From Lama glama (Eukaryota), in contig CM052818.1 of assembly GCA_028534125.1 (NCBI GenBank), forward strand, positions 36,458,001 through 36,518,000: a DNA stretch of 60,000 bases, given 5' to 3'. How positions within the stretch are numbered: the stretch's first letter is position 1; each line of letters opens with the position of its first letter. Below, one piece after another: positions 25,932 to 38,275 of the stretch. Both the position numbers and the translations under genes were made by a program. The notes under the pieces were generated by a model. That model ran no database searches. It was not told where the DNA came from and was given only the letters and a program-made list of their open reading frames with translations.

Positions 25932-27016
25932 GTAAGTTACCATTAGAGACCAAGAAGTCATTGAATGGTGTTTCCTTAGGGTTGCTGGTATTATGAAAAT
26001 GTATTTTGAGGCACAGCCTTCACTTAATTTCTGATACTAAAATATGTCATGTAAATTCTCAAGGATATTTGAAAATTTTATTTGAAATATGAAACTTTCC
26101 TATGACAGTTTTAGTGTGACATTGCAAATTACAGAAATAAAGTACTTTTTAGTGAAACTTCTTTTGTAGGAATATATCTTTGTTAATTATTGATTTCTAT
26201 TCTTAAAGGATTTAAATAGGCTTTCATAGTTGAAGAGGGTTTATTTCATCAATTTATATCCCAGTACTGGTACTTAAATATATTTTTAGGAATACTTTGT
26301 TTTTTTTTAACCTATTGATGTTTATGTGCAGTTTCATTAATACAGAGACAGAATGAATTAGCAGATGTGATTTATTCATTCAGTATATAATCCTGTCCTT
26401 GAGGAACTCACACTTTAGTAGGAAAGAGAAGTTTAGTAGTAAAACAAATCAATGATTACAATGATTGAAGCTTATGCATAGTGCAGAGGAGGGATCTCCT
26501 GGTAGGAAACCCAGCATTTTGATCAGAGTTTAGGGAATGAATATGGGAGTGTTATCTCTAGTAGAGTAGAGGAAGGGAGGCAGTGACAGAGACGGGGGAG
26601 GTATTGCAAGCATGGCACACAATAGTGTGTATAAAGGCATAGAGAGGAAAATAATGTGGTATATTAAAAGAATTGCAAACTGGTATTGGTATTGCTAAAG
26701 ATGTACAATATGGTGGGAAATAGAGCTTAAGAGGTGTGCTGGGTCCAGGACCTTGAAGTTATAAAGATGCTTTTCTTCTTCCTTAGTGAGGCCTTCTGTG
26801 GCCACCTAATCTAATATAGGCCCCGGTCACCAAAGCACTTGTCACTTTGTTGTTTTTGTTGTTTCTCTCCTCCTTGTTTAGAATGTAAGTGCTATGAATG
26901 TCTTATTCATAGCTCTACTGCAGTCCCTAGAGCTGTCTCTAGTGTACAGCGGGCTTTCTATGAATATTTGAATGAATCAGTGCCATGCTAAGGAGCTTGG
27001 ATTTTACTCTGTAGGT

Positions 27017-27160
27017 CAGTGTTTTTCAAAACGTGTGTGTCTATTTCCCCCATCAGCTTAGAACTGGTGAATTAAACTCCCTGAGAGTAATAAGGCTGAG
27101 AAATCTGCACTTTGACAAACTATTCAGGTGGTTTTTATGTACACTAAAGTTTGAGAACAG
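27017..27160. mobile_element. MER5-type hAT-Charlie element
   Basis: cagtgtttttcaaa...aatctgcactttgacaa...cactaaagtttgagaac. Confidence 0.7.
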
Positions 27161-27289
27161 TTACCATAGTCAGCAGGAGTCACTGAAGTATTTTAAGCAG
27201 TGGAACGGATTGGTAAATTGCTTTGGCAGCAGGAAATAGCAAGATACTCAGTGTGGCAGGGTAGGAAGATAAGAGACCAGCTAAAAATG

Positions 27290-27836
27290 TTGGAGCCAGT
27301 TTGGAAGACATTTTGGCAGTTTCTAAAGAATTAAGCATAATATTTACCATAGGATGCAGTGATTCTACTCCTAGGGATCTGCCCAAGAGAAATGAAAACA
27401 TATGTCCATATAAAGACTTGTATAGGAATGTTCCTAGCAGCATTATGCACAACTGAAAACTGGAAACAACCCAGATGTCCATCAGCTGACGAATGGGTCA
27501 GGAAAACGGGGTATACTCTACAGTGGTGTACTCTTCAACTATAGAAAGGAGTGAAGTACTGTGCATGGTACAACATGGGTGAACTTCAGAAACAGAATGC
27601 TCAGTGAAAGAGCCAGTTACAAAAGACCACATGTCGCGTGATTCCATTTATGTGAAATGCTCACAGAAGGCAAGTCTGTAGAGACAAAAAGTGGATTAGT
27701 GGTTGCCTGGAACAGTTATCTAAAATTGGATCGCTGTAGTGTTTGCACAACTCTGAAATTTACTAAAAATCATTTAATATTATGCTTAAAATGAGTGATT
27801 TTCATGTTACGTAAATTATACCTCAGTAAAGCTGTT
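27290..27836 (+). mobile_element. L1M 3' end, inserted among L2 fragments (~26370-28340)
   Basis: ILLLGICPREMKTYVHIKTC...WKQPRCPS peptide; ends aaattatacctcagtaaagctgtt. Confidence 0.85.
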
Positions 27837-28816
27837 GCAGGGGTGAGGAGGGATGGCAGAGGAAGCTGTTGGAGTAGTCCAGATTTTTAATTAGTGAATT
27901 GGGAATGAAGGTAGGATTAATATGAGAGCTGCAGCTACAGGGTGGAGGGCGTTGTGAAGGAAGGAAAGGAAGAGTCAAAACTGGCTGCCATATTACTGGT
28001 TTAGTGACTTAGTAGATGTTAATACCACCAGTAGAGACGGGTTCTATATAAGGACAGGTTTTTTTGTGGGAAAAATAAATCAATTATCTTTTATTTCACC
28101 TATCTTAAGGATGTCCAGTTGGAAGTATCAAGTAGGCAATTGATATGGATCAGAAGCTCAGCAGAGTTTTGGGCTAAAGATGTAATTTGGGAATGATTAT
28201 ATAATGGCAGTAGAAGCTGAAGGCATGGATGATACTTTGTGGTGGGAGGTGTAGATTAGGGTGAGAAGAAAAGGTATTCCAGAGATAGCCCTCAACATTT
28301 AAGGGCAACATAGAAGAAAGAAATCTAGTAAGGGAAAATGAGATGAAATGGTTATTTCTATGAAGATCAGTGCAGGAAAACCAAACTTACACTGTGTGGT
28401 ATGCCAGGCAGCTAATGTCAGATGGAGACAGTTCATGTGAATGGGATTTAGTGGCTCAGTAAATGCTTGTACTTCCTAAGATGGCAGAAATCATGACTCT
28501 TAGACAGTGTATAATCTCACTGTCCCACAGTCATAAAAACGTGAAATGTATCCCTTTGCAAAATAAAATGAATAAACACTGGGTCCCTTTGGGGAAGTGT
28601 AAAAAAAATGTAAAGTGCCATTTTATTTTTATGATTTTATATCTAGTTTCTTTCCCATCTTAAAACAAAAGATACTATTTTCATCCAAATTACAAACTGT
28701 CCAAATATAATTAATGACTTTAAAACTCAGTTCTGTATTTCAGACTTTTTTTTTAACCTTGTTAGTTTATGTAGCTGGGAATATTTAAATAGGTATTGCT
28801 TATCTTCTGCTTGCAG

Positions 28817-28954
28817 GCTTATCGGTAACAGCAGAACAAATAAATCCTCATGGTACTGGAGCTCGAAAGACAGAAACTAGAGTTGAAGAGGCATTTCGGC
28901 ACAAACAACGAAATCCAGCGGATGTCTGGCACAGCTCTGCAAGTAAATGTGCTT
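28817..28954 (+). CDS. ATAD2B: ATAD2B exon (GLSVTAEQINPHGTGARKTETRVEEAFRHKQRNPADVWHSSASKCA)
   Basis: ttgcag| acceptor, CTT|gtgagt donor; 138 nt open, phase 1 to 1; translated by hand (not in ORF track). Confidence 0.93.
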
Positions 28955-29967
28955 GTGAGTATTTGAGATCATGTTATCCAGCAGTTGTGAAGGAACAGCT
29001 GTGAAGGAGGCAGATGTGTTAGGAGCTGGGTGCACACACCAGAGGACTGCTGTTTTTTCTCAGCTCCTTCAGTCTTCTGTCTTTTCAGAGGTGAAGAGCT
29101 TGTGGGGTAAGGTGCTGAATCAGAATGCGTTTCTTTAACTTTCTTTGCTTTTTTCTGTCTCCATTCAGTGCTTGTTGTTGTAACCAGGTTTGAATTTTTT
29201 CAGTTTTAAACTTTGGTTTTTGGATAGAGATATGGAGCCACTAGACTCTTCATTCACCCTTGCTGTCTGCAGCCCCTTGCTGTATGCTATGCAGGATGTT
29301 CTTGTTCTGGTGGGAAGCGGAAACTCTGGCTTAAGAGAGTGACTGAATTGACAGTAGGAAGTTGATTTTTCTGAGAAGAATCTTTTTTATTGGGTTTTGT
29401 TTAACAGTGAGATGTATTTAGAAAGGGAAAATGTAGTGTTCTAGATTTTCTTCACTTTTCCTCATTCATGGTGATCTATAAAGTTTCTTAAAAAAACAAA
29501 TGTTAGTAAACACAGCATCTTCCTAATACATTGCTTATGTTTCACTGAAGATAGCCATCTTTGGAAGATATATGCTGTTCTTCTGACAGAAAGGTGGTAA
29601 TTCTGCTTCAACTGTCAGTAAAGATGGCCATAATATGTTCTTTCACCAGTGGCATTGAATTTGAATGAGTGAACTGTGCTCATTTTTAAAAATCTTGTTC
29701 TCTTTATGATAAGTGGCGTTTATGTGTGAGAACATTTGAAGGACTTAATGGTATATTTAAACTGTTTAAGCTGTTTTTCCTAGTTGTACCTTGGATCATG
29801 ACCTGGATTATGTAACACAGCACTCTAATTTAAACCTTGAAATCATTGCATTATCTGCACCTGATGAAAATACTAACTAAAATACATTGAATATTGGCTT
29901 CAAGCAGTTTTAAGTTCCTTTAAGTTAAAATGTTATTTAAATCTGCAAATGTGAGTTTTGATTTCTC

Positions 29968-29986
29968 TTACCAGTAGATGGCATAT
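29968..29986 (+). promoter_or_regulatory. CTCF-like motif
   Basis: CCAGTAGATGGCA matches the core CCASYAGRKGGCR; motif match only. Confidence 0.35.
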
Positions 29987-32093
29987 GTAACTCATCATTT
30001 GTCTGTTTAACATTAGGTTACTTAAATCATAAATCTAAATATCCCTAAGGAAAAGTTACTTTCCTAAGATCTTAGTTTTGGAAAGAAGCTCAGAGATGCT
30101 ATAAAAATTGATTCTAAAGATTATGCCTGAAATGGACTTTTCACACAAAGCACCTCTGAAAAAGGAAGTGGTATATTAAAGATTACTTCCATAAATATAT
30201 ACTACTACCACATGCCAGGTGCTGTGGAAATACAGCAGTGACTAAAACAAAAATCCCTATTCTTGTAGAGCTCATACAATCAATTTCTCTTATTTTACCA
30301 AAATCATACTAACCATTAGAAATAATTATATAAGGAGGGGGAAATTATCTCTAGTTTGACCTCCCCCAAGGTAAGAACATTTTCTTTGTTCTTAGCCAGG
30401 CTGAAAGTATTAAAAGTAACCTTGCTGCAGTAGGGCTCCTAGCCTTTGCTTAGGGTGCTAGTATGTATCAAGTAATTGAGGGGCTCTTGATTGAGCAGGG
30501 TCCAGCTTCTTGCTCTTGTGTTCCATGGCTTCATTTGGAAAGAAAAGGGAACCCATTGTATTTTTAGTTATTGGAGAATAAGCGAGGACACAATGTCAGC
30601 AGTGATTTGTTGGATAGTAAAACTTAGCAGTTCTACTCTTTAGAGAAAGAACAAGCTGAATATTTTTCTTTAATTTTTAATGTGCACTGGATCAGTTTTT
30701 TAATATAGTTATTGGACTGCTAACAAATGCCCGTCACTTTAGCCTGTGCTTTTAAAAGTAGACTAATACAGAAATTTCATTTCCAGTTACCCTGTAACTA
30801 TAAATTGTGAAAATAGAAATTAATAGAGGAAAAAGGAATGGAGAGATGATTGTAATGGTAGTACAACTTTGAAGGCAAAATATATTTTGAGCCAAGTGAC
30901 TAAATAGCTTGAATTTTGGAAATGATTTCAGAAACCTTTAGTAGCTTTGTTCTTAGATAAGAAAGAAGAGTAATATTTATGACAAAATTTGTTCATTTTT
31001 TGTGAACACCTTGTATTAAAGATGAAAGGATGAAAAAAGTATATAAACACACTAACTATATACTGTTGATAGATCATAAGTTTTTATTAAGTGCTGGAAT
31101 AAAGGAATGAAGGTTGTCCACAGACCATATTCCTTTCTATTTGTCTTTCAGAAGCAATTTTTAAACTGTGGATTAAACAGTCTACATTTAGTGATCTCAT
31201 GTTTGTATTTTCTTTTTAAAATGTCTTTGCCCAAGAAGCTTTTCAACTTTGATATATTAAAAATATATATTATCTCTTTTTAAATTGAGCCAGACTTTGA
31301 CATTCTTTTATAGCCTCAGAAAAAATGAATTATTTTTACTCTGATGGCTTTCAACAAACTGATACTCAGAATTCGGTGTTAGACATCAAAAGTGATAGAT
31401 CTCTAGTTTAACTAGTTTGCTTTTAAATTTCTTTGTGCAAATGTCCCAAATTGTAAAGTAAAAGCTAACTTTTTGCTTAATTAAGGAGCAGTGCGGTACA
31501 ACCACATTGTCTGTATAACCTTCTTGGGGCTTCTATCCATGACCATACTTACTGGAGGTGATTCCTTCTTGTGGAAGGAGGGGCAGTAGAGGTTTCTCTG
31601 TAGGGATATCTGTTACTATTCGGTCTTCATATACTGGATCATGCCTTTATTTGCTTTCATGGTTTGAGAGCTTTTGGGTGATCTTGCTGGCAAAGCACTC
31701 ATTTCCTAGTGGAAACCCAGGGCTGTTGCTCCAAACCTTCCAGGCAGCCGGGTAATGTGGTCATTCCCTAAATGTGTATATTGTATGCATAGCCCCTAGA
31801 TGTTAGGAATTAGGAAAAACTATAAAGTAGAATCTAGGGCAGTAGTAAAAGTGAGTGCTGAGTAAACTCATAAGAAATAAATTTGATTTTTTTCATTCTT
31901 CAGAGTTCATTCCTGACTTCATATCCAATTTACGTGTAGGTTGTGTGGATTAGTCAGTATGGATGTCAAGAGCTAAGTAGTTTTTGTTGCACTAGTATAG
32001 ATTTACTTTCTTTTGAATCTTATTTAATAAACATTTATAAGGAAGTATTGTATTTCAAGTTCTACATATCTTTTTTCCTTTTTTGTAAAATAG

Positions 32094-32777
32094 TTAGAGT
32101 TCGGAGAAAATCAAGGCGGCGATCACAGTGGGGTAAAGGAATTATTAAGAAAAGGAAAGTCAATAATTTAAAAAAAGATGAAGAGGACACCAAATTTCCT
32201 GACTATGAGAATCATATGGAAGACAGGAAATTGCTAGAGAATGGAGAGTTTGAGGTAAGCACTGACTGTCATGAAGAAAATGGAGAAGAGACTGGAGACT
32301 TATCTATGACCAATGATGAATCATCCTGTGACATCATGGACATGGACCAGGGGCAGAGGCTTAACAATGGAGAGGGCACAAAAGAGAACTTTGCATCTAC
32401 TGAAGAGGAAAGTTCAAATGAGTCTCTACTCGTCAACAGCAGTAGTTCTTTAAATCCAGAACAGACATCTAGGAAAGAAGCTTTCCTTAAAGGAGGCTGT
32501 CTAAATGGTGAGGCCTCCACTGACAGTTTTGAAGGAATACCAGTTCTGGAGTGTCAGAATGGCAAAACTGAAGTAGTTTCTTTCTGTGGGAGTGGAGATA
32601 AATGTAATTCTGAACAAAAGAGTCTTCTGGAGGACCAGTCAAAAGAAAAACCAGAAACTTCAAATGAAAATCAAGGAGATGATCCTGAGAAACTAGAGGC
32701 ACTGGAATGTAGCAATAATGAGAAGTTAGAACCTGGCCCTGATGTGGAGGTTAAAGATGCAGAACTGGATAAAGAAG
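32094..32777 (+). CDS. ATAD2B: ATAD2B large exon: basic NLS-like stretch FRVRRKSRRRSQWGKGIIKKRK, then acidic disordered region
   Basis: aaaatag| acceptor after a T-rich tract, AAG|gtagag donor; 684 nt, phase 1 to 1; within the 290-aa ORF. Confidence 0.95.
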
Positions 32778-33129
32778 GTAGAGCTAATGTTTTACAGTTT
32801 TTCCTGAAGGTTTAAACTCCAGATTTAATGAAGTGCATGTTTTGTCTGGTCCCCAGTAGCAGTAACTGATAATTACACCCCTTTGAGAATCTGTTGCAGT
32901 TTTCACCCCTTCTCTAGAAGAACGTACACATACATGGTAAATTTTGGTGACTGTTTCAGAGTTTATGATCTAGAATGTGTTGCTTTCCTGGCTGCTTACT
33001 TTTCTGCTTCTCACTTGATTATCATCCCTCTCCTGACAGATTTGTGACTAAAAGCTGAGTAAATCCACAGGGGTTAAAAAGATGGATTTCTAACAGAATT
33101 ATTGGGGTGGGGGCTGCGGTGGGCTAAGA

Positions 33130-33380
33130 AGACTTGGGTGCTGTAGCAGTACGGTATATGAGTCATGTAGATTCCCACTCAGCTACTACTCCTGTTCATT
33201 ATAATCCAGTGACTCCGAGCTAATTACTTGTACTCTCCAACCCTGTCTTTTTCATCTTCTAAATTAAACTTCAGAATGATGTCATTGCAGGGATTAGATA
33301 AATCATGTATGTTAATCACCTCTCATGTTACCTGGCACACGCTAAGGTATGTTCATGCCACGCAGTCGTTGTTAGTTGAA
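33130..33380 (+). mobile_element. MIR SINE (degenerate)
   Basis: gcagggattagataaatcatgtatgt...cctggcaca tail. Confidence 0.55.
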
Positions 33381-35325
33381 TCTGAGGGATGTTTAGTCTA
33401 AGAAGCTCTACTGCTTCATGAGGCCAGTGATGGAAGAAAGCAGCAGAATCCTCACTGTCAGAGTTGCCTTGTTTTCCAAGAGTCAGAGCACTCTGCCCAC
33501 TTCTGACTTCCTTTGGCCATGTGGTTGTTTTTTTGTTTTTGTTTTTTTTTTTTAAGGAGAGGCGGAAAGGGGGAATTGAGGGTTTCTGGCCCTGCTTTTC
33601 ATTGTTCTCTAGCCCACAGTGCAATAGGGTGAGTTAGAGATCTGCTCTGTTCAGTGTCCAATTCCTTCCTGAACAGATGCTCTTATACTATACTAGGCTG
33701 TCTTGAAATGTATCATGCTCTGTAAATTGTGTGGAGTATATAGCGTTAGGCTGGGATTTGGGCTGTGTGGAACAACTTATTGAATGCCAGTTTTTGAGTC
33801 CTCTGACAGAATTAGAAAGTAGGTCGTGTTACTTTAGTCTTGGAGTTCTTTTAATGGATAAAGAGAGATGTAATGCTCTTGAATGCTTTCTGTTGAGAAT
33901 TTTCCTTTTTCTTCAACGCTTAATAATAGAAAGTAGTTTTAAGGGCATTATTTATTCTGGGCTATCATGTAGACAGAACTTAAAAAATGTGTTGAAGCTA
34001 TGGTTAAGTAATGAATGGGACAGAGTGGGGAAAAGGGAGAAATCTATGTTATGAGGCAGAATGGGTGGGAGGGCAGAGTTCTTTTTAATGCTACTTCACT
34101 ATGAGATTTTTGTAAGCTTGCAGAAAAGGTTTCCATGAATATTATGTTCAATTGGTGATCTAAAAGCTTTGAAGCTATTTGTTGTATAAAAACTTCAGGT
34201 GTCCAAGGTACTGTCACCTAGTGCAGTGGTCCCTAATTCAGCTTCTTGGGCCACTAGAAGTCCATGGGTATGATAATGAGGATCAGTATGGTCCTAGCAA
34301 AACTCCTGGTATATATTAATTGAACTATAAAGTTTACTCTAAAGGCTGTCTGAAATATAAAATTTCTCAGATATATCATGGTATATGGGTATGAAGGCAA
34401 CATTTTGGTTCTTGTATCATTTATCTATAAAACAGGCATTGATGACAAGGAAGGTTTGGGACTAAGAGGATTAATGTAGGAGGGAGGAGGAAGGTTCTCC
34501 TGAGGATCCCAGTCATGGGTCAGGTTCTGTGTAAAGTTCTGAAACAGTCCAAGTTTGCCCTTGTGTTCCTTCCCTCTTGGCCTCCTCTTATTAGAGTACA
34601 CCTACTTAGGGAGTAGAGGGTTCGATGGTCTGCCTACCCTCCCCTACTTCTCAGAGTGCCTGGTGCTGTCAAATTATACTCAACCATCTCAAAATTTCTG
34701 CTTTTTCAGTGTGGCTGGTCTCAGCAAGATGTTGGCAGGAAAGTAATTAGATTAAACTAATTCAGTCTAACATGGGAAAGGGTACTAGATCTTTTACATT
34801 TTTAATGGGTTTATATTTTTTAGAGAAAATGTCATAACATAGATTGATTTCTAATAGAATTTTAGGCAGTGTAACAGAAAAAAATAAGACATTTCAGGCA
34901 GTGTTGAGGAAAATGTTTTGTATTGGGAGGCAAATATGAGATAGGTTGGCCTCACTTTGTTTATCTGCTTTTCTGGGTTGCTTCCTTCTCGTTTTGAAAG
35001 CTCTAAATTTTAAAATAATGATTGTCATACAGAGAGTGAAGACTGTTTTAAGTTAGTGCTTAAAGCTAGTGATTGCTTTTTTGTCCTTTTATAGAAATGT
35101 TTATTAGATGATACTCTGGTGTGACTTGGCTTTCGTAGTTGTGGTTTAAATTTAATTTGAGTTGTTTATTTTAACTCCCCACCCCCAAAATCATGTATTA
35201 TTTAAAGAATTACACCCTTATTCCAAAAAGGATTTATGTTGGGAAAGAGAATATATAATTGTTTAAGCCTGATTTTTCCCTAACTTTTACTTGCTGCAGT
35301 GCGTTTTTTTCCTCCTCAATTGTAG

Positions 35326-35453
35326 GTGCTTCTAAAGTAAAGAAATATCGTAAGTTAATTTCAGAGCAGGCAAAAGCAACAAGCCTGGACCTGGTTCCAG
35401 AAGAGCCGTCTGAGCCTGTGCCACCTCTTATAGTGGATCGTGAGAGACTGAAG
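35326..35453 (+). CDS. ATAD2B: ATAD2B exon (GASKVKKYRKLISEQAKATSLDLVPEEPSEPVPPLIVDRERLK)
   Basis: tgtag| acceptor, AAG|gtaagc donor; 128 nt, phase 1 to 0. Confidence 0.95.
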
Positions 35454-35756
35454 GTAAGCTTAGCTGTTCCTAGGCCATTTTAAATGAATGGAAATAAAAC
35501 TAGTTTTGATCATCTCTCACTTTAACCTAGGAATATAAGTGCTTTAGGGCTTCTAGCGAAAAAGAATTGTGTGTGTTTTGAGGGCTTTAGAAATACGAGA
35601 ATGGTCTTGGTAATAAACTAAGCCCTGGAATCTTCTAAACTCAGGTGTCACTATTACACCATAGCATCTGGTATCTATTGTCTAGTCATTTGAATGAAAC
35701 TGTTTAAATTTGAACAATGAAATTGAATTTTATTTTATTCTTTTGGTTTTTCATAG

Positions 35757-35885
35757 AAATTGCTTGATTTGTTGGTAGATAAAAGCAACAATCTGGCAGT
35801 TGATCAACTTGAGAGATTATATTCTCTTCTTAGTCAGTGCATCTACCGTCACCGTAAAGATTATGACAAATCACAGTTAGTAGAG
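35757..35885 (+). CDS. ATAD2B: ATAD2B C-terminal domain exon (KLLDLLVDKSNNLAVDQLERLYSLLSQCIYRHRKDYDKSQLVE)
   Basis: tttttcatag| acceptor, GAG|gtgagt donor; 129 nt = 43 codons, phase 0 to 0. Confidence 0.96.
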
Positions 35886-36795
35886 GTGAGTGCTTAATTC
35901 ATCTGTAGAGTAAGCAAATATCTGCTTTTGCTTGTCCCAGAGAAAAATTAAACATTTTTTAAATCTGTATCTTTCACCAAGTAACTGAATAATGGTTTGA
36001 AGACTGAAGATTGGAAGAATTATTAAGAGTTATAAAAATAGGCTCTCTGTACCATTTTGTCTCAGGACAGAAATAATTTGGGATTATTTGTTTATTAAAA
36101 CACAGAAATTCATGATTCTGGGTTGGCAAATACACAGAGTAGCCTGCTACAGTTCTCCCCTCCCTTGCTGATTACTGACATCACGAGTTAAGCATATCTC
36201 TTGGGCCTGTTCAATGTGAGCATGGCTTCACAGTTCGTATTACCACTGCTTCCTAGGTAGCCACTACTGATTAAAAGGAGTTGGCATGAGCAATGAGATC
36301 TGTTGGCCACTCTAGTAATAGTTGAAAGAGAACTTAAAGTTGACTCATTTAGTCAGATCTAGTCCTATGAAACAGCCACATGAAGGGGTGATTGGCCTTG
36401 TGCTTGAGACCCTTTAGAGGTGAACCATTCCTTTTTGAGACAACACTGGGCCATAAGAAAGTTTTTTGTAATTACGAGCTTATATCTCTGCTCATATAAT
36501 TTACATCATTACATCACACTTCTGCTTTTTGAGGTCATCTGAGCAAATGTAATTCCTCATCTACTCATTAAATGGCTCAGTGACTTTATTAGATTCCTTT
36601 TGTTTATTTGCCTGTTAGTTCACTTATCTGGTGGTCAAGTTATTAAATACTTATTGAGTACCTATAGTTCCAGACACTGTGCTAGGTGTTTGGGATGCAA
36701 AAAATGAAGACAGAGTCTCTGCTCTCAAGGAGCATTTCTATTATATTGAAGATTTAGATGCAGAGGATGTGATTATTTTGCATATGTAATATTTT

Positions 36796-37216
36796 GCATA
36801 CCGTACTGTATTGCACTTTGCAGATGTTACATTGAAGGTTTGTGGCAACACTGTGCCATTTTCCAACAGCATTTGCTCATTTTGTGTTTCTATGTTACAT
36901 TTTGGTAATTGTTGCAATATTTTAGACTTTCATTATATTTGTTACGGTGATCTGTGATTAGTGGTCTTTGATATTATTGTAAAAAGATTACAACTCACAT
37001 GATAGCATTTTTTTAAGCAACTAAGTATTTTTTAATTAAGGTATGTACGTTATATTTTAGACATACTGCCATTGCATACTTAGTAGACTACAGTATAGTG
37101 TGAACATAACTTTTATATGCACTGGTAAACTAAAAAATGTATGAGTCACTTATTGCGATAGTTGCTTTACTATGGTTGTCTGGAACCAAACCTGCAATAT
37201 CTCTGGGGTATGCCTG
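36796..37216 (+). mobile_element. Internally deleted Tigger1-type element
   Basis: attgcactttgcagat...tgaaggtttgtggcaac start; ends ggaaccaaacctgcaatatctctggggtatgcctg|ta. Confidence 0.85.
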
Positions 37217-38233
37217 TATTGGACTTAAAGCAACAGAGCATTTATGAATTTGCATTGTCCTTATACAATATATAGAAATAACAGGAAAGCACAATGAGAA
37301 TATAAAAACATCACTCATATCCTACTACTTAGAGAAAACTCATCAGTATTAATCTTTTGGAATATCTTCCATCTTTTAACAATGTCAATTTGAGATGTAC
37401 ATCCTATGTATATAAACATGAATATATGTTTAAAAATTGGGATAGTATTGTATATTCTGTTTTATTACCTAACTTTTCTACCGTTCAGTAACATATGATG
37501 AAACATTTAACAGGAGTGATTTTGATTGATTACTTATAAGAACTTTTTGATCAGATGATAATCTGTTAGTATGGTCTATTAGTTCTCTAGAGATGTAGAA
37601 TATAATTTCTTTGGAAGTGTTTTAAGTGTCTAAAGGAAAACCAAATGTCTCACACATATTTGACATTTGTCCATCCGAAAGTAATGTGTGAGGTAGAGTT
37701 CTTTTACTTTTTTTATTCTAGAACTTCTTTGTTCAGATAGTTGACATTAGATTAGCTTGAATGGGTTGAATACTCTTCAGCAGTGAAACATCTTTCAGTA
37801 TGTGTCTTGGAACCCTGTAATCTAGGGGCCTCATTTAAAAGATCGAAGGCATCTATAGCAGAAACACCTGTGAGTGGCATTCCTGGTGGTGATGGCATTG
37901 AGTCTTTCTGGCCTTTTTCTTTGTTTTAAATTAGCAAACTGTGTATGTGTATATATATATATTTTTTTTTCTTAGTAGAATATCTGGCATAATAAGTATT
38001 CATTGAGTGTTACTAGTATCATCCTCATTAGCCTAAATATAAAGCAGGAGGCATTTGGAAGTGTCTAGGGTAGACAGTCTTACACAGTAGCTATGGTATT
38101 GTAATCAGGAGTATATTTAAAGCTTAACTTTGTATCTAAAATTCTTTCTCTAAAGTTAATTTGAAGTGAATTTTCCCATAATATTTTTGTCTTTCCTTTA
38201 ATAGATAACACATACTTTTTTTTTCCCTTATAG

Positions 38234-38275
38234 GAAATGGAAAGAACAGTTCATATGTTTGAGACATTCCTATGA
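38234..38275 (+). CDS. ATAD2B: ATAD2B last coding segment EMERTVHMFETFL-stop
   Basis: Long polypyrimidine tract, tatag| acceptor, TGA at 38273-38275; recognised ATAD2B C-terminus. Confidence 0.95.
   Translation, partial: EMERTVHMFETFL

Noticed and set aside
32269..32702. Minus-strand ORFs
   Set aside because: Shadows of the ATAD2B coding exon, with no independent support
31943..32815. 290-aa ORF as a standalone gene
   Set aside because: It is the 684-nt ATAD2B exon plus intronic read-through on both sides
35297..35325. Upstream alternative acceptor ctgcag before the exon at 35326
   Set aside because: 26-nt shift breaks the frame, and the pyrimidine tract supports the downstream AG
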